DNA of 63,179 bases, counting the filler, from Octopus bimaculoides (Eukaryota), in assembly GCF_001194135.2 (NCBI RefSeq). It is 6 parts of 6 records of this genome, joined end to end, with 100 filler letters (N's around TTAATTAATTAA, not from the genome) between each part and the next. Parts side by side here need not be neighbours in the genome. Positions count along the whole stretch, not along the records: positions 11,989 to 28,636 come from NC_068989.1; positions 28,737 to 42,616 come from NC_068990.1; 4 more parts are not named here. One strand, 5' to 3'. Position 1 is the first letter of the stretch, and the number at the start of each line of letters is the position of its first letter. The position numbers were made by a program, and so were the translations under genes. The notes beneath the pieces were generated by a model. It saw only the letters and a program-made list of their open reading frames with translations, did no database searches and had not been told where the DNA came from. Positions 26,585 through 39,371 of the stretch are shown here, one piece after another.

Positions 26585-27796
26585 ATTTACACTACAGAAT
26601 TTTCCCACATTATTTTATCCTGTATTATTTCAATAGTGAGACCCAATGTTTTACTATTTGACCTCAATGACTTACTCCCATCCACCTTACCTTGTGGTCA
26701 CATTTTCCAAGCAACTCAAAGGACAATTTATATCCAACCTGTATCATCTTTTCACTTTACATGATCCTCTATATCAGTCATTGGCAAATTTTGGTCTGCA
26801 GGACTTACTGCATGACATGTCTAACAGAAAATTACCTTGAATATTTTTTTAGTAGTGTGGCCCACATGATGTTTCATGTGAACCATTTCTTAAAAAAGTT
26901 TGCCCATGTCTGTTCTGTATTGGTGATTAAGAATTCTAGAGGGATACATTTCTAGGTAAAGAAGATTAGGATGAGACAGTATTAAAATGGAAGGAGGAGA
27001 AACAAATGTATTGTATCGCTTGGAATCATGTGTAGGTGGTGGTATAATGTCAGAAAGATTATATAGGTGCAGAGGCTGTTTTATGAGACTTTGAAAAAGA
27101 AAGTATATAAGACAATGGATCAAAGACTATAGTATTGGTGAGTGAAAGAGCATCTACATCATAGGTAAGTGTTTGTGAGGTAGCTAATGCTTTTGTTGCT
27201 GTGATCTAGGGAATGTTTTTTGTGTGGGTCCTGTGAACAGTATTCAAATGAACTATTTACTATTCATACTTTGTTAAAGCTATAACATCTGTTCAGGATT
27301 CAATTATTTCCTAGTGCTGTAGAGGAAGCCCAGCCTTTATGATACTATCTTGGTTGTGTGAAAGCAATGGGGTTGCCATGAAAGTTTTTTATCGGGGATT
27401 GTGAAGCACGGCAGTCATAGGGAGTGTGTTTTGGCTGTTAGGTGCAGCTATCTGAGTTTTCGCTGCTGTTGAATGAGATGTAATTCTTAACACTCTGCTG
27501 AAAGAACTTAATGTGGGTTTTGTTTATGGAGGATGTGCAAATCTGATGATACAAACAACATCCAACAGCAACAATCTAAAAGACTTTTCCCTAGATAAAA
27601 GCTTTGGAGCAAATGTCACCACACCCTCTTACACTATGATATCAGAATCAACATATTGATTATTTCCAGTTCTCTGTAAAATATATGTAAAATAGTGCCA
27701 AATTTAGCCTATAGCAGAAAGGACAGATTTCATGACATTAAATCATGATAATGATGTTGCGGATGTCTCATCTCACACACATCATGAGCATATGTA

Positions 27797-28636
27797 CAGG
27801 GGTTGGACAAAATAATGGAAACACCTTTAAATTTCAAACAAAGTTATTTTAATATGGGGTAGGACAATAATTACAGCTTGAATTTTTTGGCAATAATTAC
27901 AGCTTGAATTCTACGAGGTACGGACTTGTACAAAGTTTGAATTATTTCCAAAGGAATTTTTGTCCATTCTTCAGCTAAAACAGTCTCCAATTCTTGTAGT
28001 GATGATAGTGGAGGATATTGGCTCCTTGTTTGTTTTTCTAAAATGCACCATAAATGTTCAATAATATTGAGATCTGGCCAGATAAGTTCAACTTCACTAG
28101 AATGTTCCTCGTGCCATTCAGTAACAACTTTAGCTGTGTGATTTGATGCCTTATCATCTTGAAAGATAGCATTTGCCTCCGGAAACAGTTCCGCAACCAT
28201 AGGGTAAATTTGATCAGAAAAAATACTTAAATATTCTTGACTATTTATTCTGCCATGAAGGGAAACCATTGGGCTGGCGAATTTCCAAGATATTTCCCCA
28301 GATTATCACAGATCCTCCTCCATGTTTAACAGTTGGAAGAAGGCAGTCTGGGTCAAATGCTTCTTTTGAGGGTTTCTTTTGACTGTCTCCGGTGGTTGGA
28401 AATAGGGTAAAGGATGACTCGGCTGAGAATATAGCATTCTTCCACTGCTCTCTGGACCAATTCTGTAGGTTTTTGCTCCACTCTAAACGCTTTGCAACGT
28501 TTGTTTTTGAAAGCAGTGGTTTTCTGATTGTAGCCCTCCCATGAAATCTGGCTTTGTGCCGCTCCCAGTGAACAGTTTTTGTGGAGACTGGGTTCTCAAG
28601 GTGGTCATTGAGCTCTGCAGTAATTTTGGGAGCTGT
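27797..28636 (-). mobile_element. Tc1-family transposon, decayed, truncated by gap
   Basis: TA + CAGGGGTTGGACAAAATAATGGAAACACC terminus at 27797. Transposase C-terminus AIFQDDKASNH...WPDLNIIEHLW; upstream frames give RKPLLS..N...RLEW and PTVKHGGGSV. Confidence 0.92.
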
Positions 28637-28769
28637 NNNNNNNNNNNNNNNNNNNNNNNNNNNNNNNNNNNNNNNNNNNNTTAATTAATTAANNNNNNNN
28701 NNNNNNNNNNNNNNNNNNNNNNNNNNNNNNNNNNNNGTGTGTGTATGTATATATTTAGATAGATAGATT

Positions 28770-28802
<33 letters not shown>

Positions 28803-31154
28803 ATAGATAGATGCATACATACATGCATACATACATACATACATAGATACATACATACGTACATACATACATAAATTGTGTTATGCCTTTGTGTTTATCC
28901 CCCATGACACGTGTTGGTGTGTTTATTCTTCGTAATAGTTTGCAAGGTGTTTGGAGTGATTCCGTAATGTATTGATGGTAGACACCTAGATGCTTTGTTC
29001 TCATGTAAGAATGTTTTCATCTCATATTATCGTTATTGCTTAGCTTTGTTTAACCAGAAATGTGATCAAATTTATTCCTGATGTGACAAACCAATATATT
29101 GTAACTTTGAGTATATTATGCTGCGTAACATTCCTTTCTCTAAGACTGTAGTATGTCATTTGAGGAACATTATGTAACTACGTGTAACCATTCTACCAAA
29201 CATGTAAATAATTCTTGACTGGTTTCAATTATTTAGAGTTACAAAATGACGCATGAGAGGAGAAGTTGAAGTCACAATGAAATTATACTGCCATTTTTGC
29301 TTCACTTTGCTATTCACTGTTTTATATCTGTATAATCTTTGAATGCTGAAAGTTCTTCCGTTTACTTCACTTCCCCGAAATTGCTAGCTTTGTGCCAAAC
29401 TTTGATGATATTATTTATTGCATCTCATAATGTTTTGCGATTTAAGTTGGTGCGATACCATATATTTTGGGGTGGTTATAGTTGGTCAAAGTGTCCTAGT
29501 ATATACGCATTACTGCATATCATTGACTCTGGAAAGTTAAAAGGAAAGTTGAGCTTGACTGTAAATGAAACCAAGCTTAGAATGCCGCAACGAAATATTA
29601 GTACATATTTTGCAAATTGTTATACATATTCTTCCGAAGCATTTGGAAAAAATAAAATTGTCAAACATAACGAAAGGCCCAGTAATTTATAGCATCGTCC
29701 TATGTTAGAAACAATCGATGATTATGACGGAGTACTGGAATTGTACACGTCGGTATTTGTGTCCATAACATAAAGATCTGAAACATAACCAGAGGTTTTA
29801 GGCCTGTTCTCTAACGATTCTAGCATTCTACCACCCGGGATAATAACAATATATGTGGTACGTGAAACACTCATTTGTTATATGTGTAACTTCACCGAAG
29901 GATTTTTATTACGATTACACGACATTTGATTCTTGTGTCAGTTCTGACTTGTTTTATCTATTACTTCATCCCGCTTTATGGAAAAACTATTATATGAATA
30001 AGAAATCCGCTTACAAGAAATAAGCCTCTACAGGAGATAACATATATGAACATTTTCACATTATACCTTGCACATCGTGAGGTAAATATTTGTTCATGTG
30101 ATCGATTATAAATACGCTCTGTAGATATTAATATTATTTTAGTTGACCGAATCACCTTACTCAGACAAGAAAATTGAATGTTTCAAAACAGCGTAACGCT
30201 TATCGAACCGTAAATTGTGATGTATTTTGTAATAACTCGGAAATGTTAATGTCATTTATTTATATTACTTCTAAGTTTTCAGACAATACAATGTTGAAGT
30301 ATTTGTATATCTTCATTGGTTGCATTATTGTATTTGTAATATTACACTTGCTTTCAAACTACAGCAGCCATACATTAAAATGATGAGAGGATTGCAGCTT
30401 AAATGTCTTCCTGGCACTTTATAGGATACAAATACCTAGAAGTCGATTATATTTTACAAGCACACCCACTTAATGGATATCCATTTTTTTTACTACTGGT
30501 TTTCGTTCATTTACGTGTGTTTTATTTTTTATTATTCGCTACCAATAGAATTCACTTGGTCACACTTCGGTGCGGACGACGTATAATGACATAAAAGTTT
30601 TCTTTTTGAAGAAATATTTATGATTTCAAAATCGTTTGTTCACAATAAACTTTGGCTCTTTTTTTAAAAAATATATTTCAGAATCCTTTTGATGACACAC
30701 AGCTATCAACCATAATGTATTTGAAGTAATTTAGTTTATTATGCTTTTGTTTATCGTTTTACCAAACATATCCAGCACTTTAAATTTGTCAGTAGTTTAT
30801 TAATGATGCTTTCTAATAACTGTTCACTCTTTTCTAGAAAGATTGAAAGTTTGCCTATGTTTATTTGATGACAACAATGTAGAGAATTACGGACACATGG
30901 TAGACGGATGTACAGAGAATGTGTGATTATTAATTCACAAACGCTTTCATTAATGTAAACAGAAAGCGCTGTTAGATCATTGTACACTGTATTTGAATCT
31001 ACAACAGATGCATTAAATATAATTACTTAAAGGTTCAAACACAGAATCGGCAGACAGATATTTTTCGCACCAAATACTAAAAAGCAAGGAGTAATTCTAA
31101 CTATCCCTCTTACACTCCTGATAAATATAAAACACTTATTTACATATATAGTTA

Positions 31155-31224
31155 AACGCAGACGCGTTTCAGGATTATGATTAATAATTAACAATTAATA
31201 ATCAATTTCCTTCATCAGTACTGT
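31155..31224 (-). ncRNA. Second hammerhead copy: identical core, helix I 3' strand disrupted
   Basis: Identical to the 31713 copy over 83 bp, but after GTC-TGC it reads GTTT instead of TGT, leaving 3 contiguous helix I pairs. Predicted cut between 31161 and 31160. Confidence 0.7.
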
Positions 31225-31798
31225 ATTCCAGTAGTAAATTGCTAGCAAACCCTGCAAGCATGGACTGGTGATTCCACACCGACACAGATCAGAAAGCATA
31301 ACCGAATTCACCTCGGTCAGCTAGTCTAACTGTCCCCTCCTCAAGAAATTACCATGTGCGCGACAAGTGATATCGCAGTGAAATCTGCGTATACTAATCT
31401 GGAGTGAATAATTATTACAAATTAAAAGGGTAAAGGATTATCAATTTATTAATTAATAAATCAATTAATAATTAATAATTTTTACCAAGCCCATCGGTAT
31501 GAAAGCACCATTATTGGTGGAGAACTTATTCAAAAGTTCATATATTTATACATATAATTAAGGGATCAGCAAAATATTTGCTTCACCATATACCGAAGTT
31601 CAGAAAATAGCAGCTAAAAAAGCTGAGAATCTCACAGATAGCATCACTTGTAACTCACAAAGGCAAAAACAAGAAGAAAGAACAATGAAAAACTAACCAA
31701 TTCAGATGATTAACAGCAGACGCGTTTCAGGATTATGATTAATAATTAACAATTAATAATCAATTTCCTTCATCAGTACTGTATTCCAGTAGTAAATT
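31158..31798 (-). mobile_element. Non-coding hammerhead-bounded element (retrozyme-like / Penelope pseudo-LTR derivative)
   Basis: 83-bp perfect direct repeats (31158-31240 and 31716-31798) with a 558-bp period. No ORF of 60 aa or more in the track. No convincing TSD. Confidence 0.7.
31713..31782 (-). ncRNA. Type I hammerhead ribozyme, minimal Penelope-type (intact copy)
   Basis: Minus strand reads ACAGTA-CTGATGA-AGGA(33 nt AT-rich hairpin)TCCT-GAAAC-GC-GTC-TGCTGT. Helix I is ACAGUA/UGCUGU (6 bp, one G-U), core CUGAUGA and GAAA, palindromic ACGCGU helix III, GUC cleavage triplet (cut between 31719 and 31718). Confidence 0.85.
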
Positions 31799-32439
31799 TA
31801 CTCCTTATTTCCTCATCATTTTAAACTTATATTCACTTATTTTCTCTTTAACTACTTGTATAATAACTGTTACGACAAATTTCCTGGAGAAATTATATTT
31901 TTTAAAGAAACGAAGAAAATGGTGTACACTCGAAACTAAATTAACAAATTAAACTACTGTCATGTTTCATTATTGCATAACTTTTGATTTTGCTTATAAA
32001 TGTAAGTTTAAAATTTATTGAAATGCTTCATAGCTATTTCTGTTTATTTATTACGAACTTTCTTATAAGTGGTAGCAAATAAATTGGAATTTATTGCCCA
32101 CAGGATGCTAAACATAGAGGGGATAAACAAGGACAGACAAAGGGATTAAGTCGATTACATCGACTCCAGTGTATAACTGGTACTTATTTAATCGATCCCG
32201 AAAGGATGAAAGGCAAAATCGACCTAGGCGGAATTTGAACTCAGAACGTAACAGCAGACGAAATACCAATTTCTTTATTGCTCACATGGGGCCAAACACA
32301 GAAATGGTCAAAACAACTGATTGGGATCAGTAATACGTTATGATTTTACATAAAATATGAATATAAATATGATATAAAATATAAAAAAATTCGAATGAAA
32401 TTAACAATACAGAGTGAACACAAATGTAGCGATGATCAG

Positions 32440-33060
32440 GCCAAGGTCCGACCCCACAAGCCCCGATCTATCGGTGGTACCTTTTTGATCTTCTTTTGTA
32501 GCCTATTCACACAGTCCCTTGCACGCACAACACACGTGCAACACGATTCCGTCTCTTTTTGAACATGCTCTCCGACAGACACCTCTTTTCCAGCCACACC
32601 TTCCTTTTCAAATGAAAAGTCAAAAATGATCGTTAATCTTGACCGGAGATAAAGTTGCCTGTCTTAATCCCTTTTTATCTTAGTCTTCCATATTGCCTCT
32701 TTCACTATGGCTACAACCGTGAGAAAACAATTCTTACCTTTGTTTGTTAAAACTTCCGGTGAGTCGATTTTTATAATTGACTCAGTCGACAGCCGTACTC
32801 TTCTTTCGCCGGACAACAAGTGTTCAGCATAAACCCAGATTTCAGATATCTCCGGACACAGGACAATAGTGTGAGGGACGGTTTCCTTGACTCTCCCGCA
32901 TCTTAGACACGTCGGAGACTGACGGTAACCATGTCTTGCGAGCTTATCCCAAATGGGCAAGGCACTTCTGTAACATTTCCAGGTCAATGACTTTGGGAAG
33001 TTGTCCAACGTTCTCAACCCGAATGTACGATGGAACAGGCTATATACCACTATAAATGAC
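32440..33060 (-). mobile_element. L1/Tx1-clade LINE 3' fragment (zf-RVT)
   Basis: WKCYRSALP...CLRCGRVKETVPHTIVLCP..IW, matching the CxxC-ETxxH-C zinc knuckle of L1/Tx1 ORF2. Confidence 0.8.
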
Positions 33061-36000
33061 TGGGAGCTACTAATCTCTCTGATGTCTAAACTTTTCCCAA
33101 TGAATGCATAGAAAGAAAAGAAACTAGTTGAATTGATCGCATATTTTTCTTTTTTATAGCGGAACTAAAATCTTATGTCTATTAAAAGCTATGTCCTACT
33201 TTACTGACTCTGTTCAGTGAATAACTGGAAATGATTTACAGTTCCTGGTTAGAATTTACCTCGATATCATTTCAAATCAGTCTTGACAGTGCAGTAACTA
33301 GGTACTATACTACATTTAGTCTGTCATTATATAATCCGACCCATTTCCACGATCACACTGTTCTTTATTATTCATGTAATCAATGCCTATAGAAACAATA
33401 GAATGGCGTAGTTACTTTCAGAGAAGCATCTAAATTTTAACATACTTCTAATTAATTCCTCGTCTATAAAAATGTATTAGTTACGCTTTGGAAACCATTC
33501 CGTTAATCTGATTCTTCATTAACTCAACGATATATTAACGTTATTCCAATGTGCAACATAAATGTGGTTTTCTTATAGAAACACTAGTCATGAAATCTAG
33601 AAACTAAGTGTAGTTACTTAGATCAACCCTAGTATTCAACTAACACTAGTTTAGTGGCCATGTGTGTATGAAAGGTAAATTCTACCTAGCCGAGAATTGA
33701 ACTGAAGACATGAATGTAGTTATATAATGTTTTTGCAAGACATTTTCTTCTGCTCTATTGATGGTAGTAATTTAAATAAAAAAAAAACAATTGTATAACA
33801 TAAATATCAAATGAAAACCTTACGAAATATGAAGAAAATTGTAGTTTACAATCCGACACACGACAGGAAATATTTGAAATAAATTGTGACAATCTTTCTT
33901 CCTTAGAGAAAGATACAGCAGATATTTATCATAAATACGTAGTGCAAATGAAGTGTATTTTTTTATTCAAACAACTCTAATATATAATTGCTATTACTTT
34001 ATTAGCCACAAAAGGAAATAAATGGTGACACAAATGCATGTTCCTATAAATATTTATCCTTTACACAGCCTACATATCACTGATTTATGGGAGCGGCGCA
34101 ATCTGCATCTAGATATTTTTAACGCAAATAAATTTCTTTTAGAGATTTACAACGTATATTTGTCATATATTAGTAATATGGGAAGTGATGCAATTTACAA
34201 ACAACCCCAGGGAAACATGGATAATTAAATACGTTTCCATTGAACAGTAAACCAAACTAAAATTCTAATTTATAAATTGGTTTCTCATTGCTACGATGTA
34301 TTGCAATTTCCTTGATTACAACACAAACAAACACCTATCTTATTAATGCGTGGTTTCCTTGTTGAAACATTCCCGTTATGTGTCAGAATTTTAATATTTA
34401 CTGTCTTCCCCGTCTTCTCGTTCCCATTTACTTTATTCAAATAATTCAATTATTGCCACAATGAATCAGTTTACTCAATATTCCAAGTCATTTCATAATG
34501 TCAGCGTCTCTTTGTTGAGTCTCCAATCTAAACATGTTCCGCCCATCTAGCAGCTATATCAATTAATCGTACCAGATTGTTTCTGTTAGTTTGCACACGC
34601 GCACATATGTCCAGTATATTCAGCTTGAAAAATGAAGTCCATATATTGATATTATCATCCCTGAATTTATACAGGAAAAATTAATTCTCCAGCTCCAGCA
34701 TCCATAGAAAGAGGGAACTAAATTTCTGGTAATCTACATGCCACCTCCCGTTTAGATTTAATTTCCAAGTATGTTTACTTGTTCTATACTAATAATCTTT
34801 CCTCTTGTCGAAAAATTGAAGCGCTTCTCTACTTATAAACACAAAATGCTACTGGGCAAAATATTCAACAGCATAATATAAATAATATATGAGTTTGATT
34901 TCTGGATTATTTAGTTTAGTGTTACGCAGAAATATCATGAGTTAAATTATAACGCCTCCTCTACAGCACTATAGTCATGCCATTTGTATATATATNNNNN
35001 NNNNNNNNNNNNNNNNNNNNNNNNNNNNNNNNNNNNNNNNNNNNNNNNNNNNNNNNNNNNNNNNNNNNNNNNNNNNNNNNNNNNNNNNNNNNATATATAT
35101 ATATATATACCTATAGATACGTAACATAAATAAATTGATGAATAAATAGATATATAAATTATTTATATATATGCATGTATGTGTGTGTGCGTGTTGTCAA
35201 TAAAACTAGAGAAAACCATATGTAATTGGGCTACTCAGAATTTTCTGGACAGAATATTACAATATATTTCGTAATTTTTCAAGCTGCTAATGTCAATATG
35301 GTAGGTTAACCACTCTGTATGAGTTATATAATATTTACATTAGAGCACGTGGTGTGGAAATAAATTTAATAATCCGGCCAAGAAAACCTGTGTAACTGGA
35401 TTTCACGTGGTCTTTGTGTGGTTCTTGGAAAGCACGGAAGAACCTACTATGAAAGACGTGATTTCGGTTGCAATATTGTCACCGTTCCATAGACTTCTAT
35501 AATCTATTTCTAAAATACTGAAGAATGTTAAAAATTTATGATCTTGAGTCACCATTCCAAGCGGCTGAACCTTTCGGGGATTACACATCATTCCTTCAAT
35601 ATGAAGTGTGGAAGATCCGCAAAATATGAAGAGCAAGTTTCAAATTGTTTCCTAGCATATACTAACACCTATCATTTCATTTGAAAAGTCAATATTGCCT
35701 TCAACTTCATGAAGTTTGATAAAATAAGTACCAGTGAAATACTGGTTGATATTAATCAGCTATTAATTTCGACACTGTGCGTAGCATTCTCAGTAATCTA
35801 TATTTCTGTATTATACTTCAGAGCTAGTTGTTGCGATAATACGATGCAACACTGAGTGCTTTATCTTAAAGCTATTATTTATTCACTCCAAATTTTGAAT
35901 CCAGCAATGTTTCATTCAGAGACTTTATGAATCATTGTTGCTAATCTGAACATATTCCACAGAATTAGTCCTTTGTAGCGCGAACGTTTAACGCGCACAC

Positions 36001-36061
36001 ATGCATAAATGCATACATACGTATATACATACATACATGCGTACGTACATACATGCATATA

Positions 36062-36276
36062 CAGGGTGGCCCAAAAGTAGGTTTACAGTTATTCAACTCT
36101 CGCTTTCGTATTGATATATTAACAGTTTAGATCTAAATTATAAAAAAAATCTACAAAACCATTATTGTATGCTAATTAAGTTAATTGTAAGATAGAAATT
36201 TTAATGGAATAAAATGTTTTAAAAGAAATTTAAAGTGCGTACATGATAACTGTAAACCTACTTTTGGGCAACCCTG
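36062..36276. mobile_element. Tc1/mariner-type MITE (215 bp)
   Basis: TA TSD; 31-bp TIR CAGGGT(G/T)GCCCAAAAGTAGGTTTACAGTTAT with 1 mismatch. Confidence 0.92.
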
Positions 36277-37165
36277 TACATATATACACACAAAGACGCA
36301 AGATGCGTACATATCAATTGTAGATTAATATGTTAGATTTTCTTTTGGATTATATAAAACGTTGAATACAGTAAACTAGGATAGAGAAACATAGAATATA
36401 TTCCCATTATCTGTTTGTCATCTTCAAATTCATTGTTTATATCTGACGTCTCGTATACGAAACGTCGTAGTAAGCATTAGTGCTGGCTACAGTTTCTATT
36501 GAATATCTTTAGAGGTAACCTTAACAAATAATGTAGAAAGTGCACTACTGACGCAGTAGAACGTAGTATTGACTTACAGAATCCGTTTAATATAGTTTAT
36601 AGTATATTATGGTTGCATAACGAAGCACCAGGAGGTACCTACGAGTCAGGAAATAAAGAGAACGCTTAGGTTCTTCGACATAAGGTGAACTATGTGTCTT
36701 ACGTATATTAACTGCAGTGTAACGATTACACATTGTAATGAGCACTTTGAAGTCGATAAATATCCCATTTATCTTACTGGTAATTTCCAGTTGAATTATA
36801 AGTAACTGGAGCTCCAAACTTGGCATAACTAAATTTTCTTTTCACATTTATACAAAAGTTAATATTTGGGTATTACTTTCAGGACATATATTACAATTTC
36901 AACCATTCTGAGCGATGATTTGTCAAACAGAAGGTACATGTAAGGATTCTTGGTTTTGAGGTGAGTAACAATATCCAATACTTGTAGCATTTTTAAGTTG
37001 AAAACTCCTTTTAAACTATTTTAGGTGTATTTGTTTTTAAATAATGATCTGTAATCGTGTTTGTAATTAATTAATTTTTGTAATCTCATGCGAGTGCAAT
37101 TCGAATATATTATCAGTATAATATAATATAATATAATATAATATAATATAATATATTATAATATA

Positions 37166-37616
37166 TGCGTGGCACCTTGGGCAAGTGTCTTCTACTATAA
37201 CCTCGGGCCGACCAAAGCTTTGTGAGTGGATTTGGTAGACGGAAACTGAAAGAAGCCTGTCGTATATATGTTTATATATATATATATANNNNNNNNNNNN
37301 NNNNNNNNNNNNNNNNNNNNNNNNNNNNNNNNNNNNNNNNNNNNNNNNNNNNNNNNNNNNNNNNNNNNNNNNNNNNNNNNNNNNNNNNNNNNNNNNNNNN
37401 NNNNNNNNNNNNNNNNNNNNNNNNNNNNNNNNNNNNNNNNNNNNNNNNNNNNNNNNGAGCAAATCGTCCCCGTAACTTAGCGGTTCGGCAAAAGAGACCG
37501 ATAGAATTAGTACTAGGCTTACAAAGAATAAGTCCTGGGGTCGATTTGCTCGACTAAAGGCGGTGCTCCAGCATAGCCACAGTCAAATGACTGAAACAAG
37601 TAAAAGAGTAAAAGAG
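37166..37616 (+). mobile_element. CORE-like SINE family B copy, split by gap
   Basis: GGCACCTTGGGCAAGTGTCTTCTACTATA...GACTGAAACAAGTAAAAGAGTAAAAGAG. CpGs retained. Confidence 0.85.
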
Positions 37617-39160
37617 ATTTTAAGAATATATGTCTTAACCACAAATATTTCGTGCATATTTGTTTATCTTTATGGGGTCTATTCTTGTCATAAAAATCAA
37701 ATTGCGATGAAAAATGTTTTATTCTCGTGAGATGGACAGTAACCAACAGGACAGTAACCAAAAAGTTAAGAAGTGTGCGTGTCTAGATGGAATTTCGATG
37801 GCAGTTGATGAGCTGATAATTCTTGCCGAAGACTCCTGCATTAAAAATTAAAACCAAAAAATTATGATTCATATAATTATCTGTTACAGTAAATTTTTCT
37901 TTTCTATTAATATTGTCTATGTGCAGAGTTTGATAATTTCGGGTCGTAGCCTTTTTATCGATTTATCGATTTCAGTCATTGGAATGCTGCCATACAGGGT
38001 TACCGCCTGGAAGGGTTTAATCAAAGTAATCGATGTTAGGACTTATTTTTAAGATTGAAACTTATAAAAATATACACGCACACACAAAGCGCACCCAATA
38101 TAGATACATAAACACTGAAAATATACAGGCACACCTGTATGCATGTACCACACATGTCTGATAGCCTCTTACACATACGCAAACATGCGACAGTCATTTA
38201 CACATGCATACATAATCAGGAAATAAGTATACACAAGCATGTACACACACATGTTAAACGCACACCGTATATAAGCATATACGCACATAATCGCTTAATT
38301 CACACTTGCAATTGTAAATACACACGCGCGTGACAGCCTCATGCACATATATCAAATAAATTCACACCCACGCACGCACATAAACACGTACACACATGTA
38401 CAAATACACAGAGTATATACGCACTCGCGTGCTTTTATGCACCCGCGAACACATGCACACACACATACATACACACAAACATGCATGTGCAAGTACGAAC
38501 GCATGCTCGTCCATACATATATTCACGTGCACCCATTGACTCATATACACACGTGCTTTCGCTCATAGGCTAAACCACTGTTGTCTCCCTTGCCACTCAC
38601 ACCACAAGTAATATTCATTTGCTTCCTTTCATTTCAGCATAACTTGACCATTAAATTTACACCTGTTTCTCGTGCAAATCATATCGTTTGTATTAAATTC
38701 CATCTGTTGTATTTTAGTGAAACAGTGTGTGTGTGTGTGTGCATGTATGTATGTATGTATGTATGTGTGTGTGGGTGGGTGTATACATGCAAAAACTGCA
38801 CTTGAATGGTGAATGTTAAATCCATTATTATTCTTCACCAACGTTCCACGTCTTTCATGATTGACTCATGTTCATGCACACATGCAATACACACTCATGG
38901 ACACACACATACAAACACATACTCTGACACAAACAGCACAGATGTATGCAAATATGCATGTGTATACTCATGTACCTACGTATGTATGATTGTATATATA
39001 TATATATATATATAGATATAGATAGATAGATAGATACATGGATAGATAGATATAATGGGGGAGAATTACTATTTATTAAAATGCTAATATATGCGCATGC
39101 GTACTTCTGTGCTCGGTGTGTGTGTGCATGACTATACACTCTGTATTGCACGTGTAAGTG

Positions 39161-39371
39161 TTTTCTGCTCTAGGCACAAGGCCCGAAATTTTTGGAGAGA
39201 GGACCAGTCGATGAGATCGATCCCAATACTCAACTGGTACTTAATTTATCGACTCCGAAAGGATGAAAGGCAAAGTCGACCTCGGCGGAATTTGAACTCA
39301 GAACGTAGCGGCAGACGAAATACCGCTAAGCATTTCGCCCGGCGTGCTAACGTTTCTGCCATCTCGCTGCT
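39161..39371 (-). mobile_element. tRNA-derived SINE family A, well-preserved copy
   Basis: Box-B-like GAGTTCAAATTCC and shared body GTCGAC..TGCCTTTCATCCTTTCGG..GTCGAT..AAGTACCAGTTGAG. Related copies at ~12770-12920, 16030-16200, 20440-20620, 21500-21850, 23580-24000, 32090-32310, 35690-35760, 45490-45590, 46400-46500 and 51228-51313. Confidence 0.85.
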
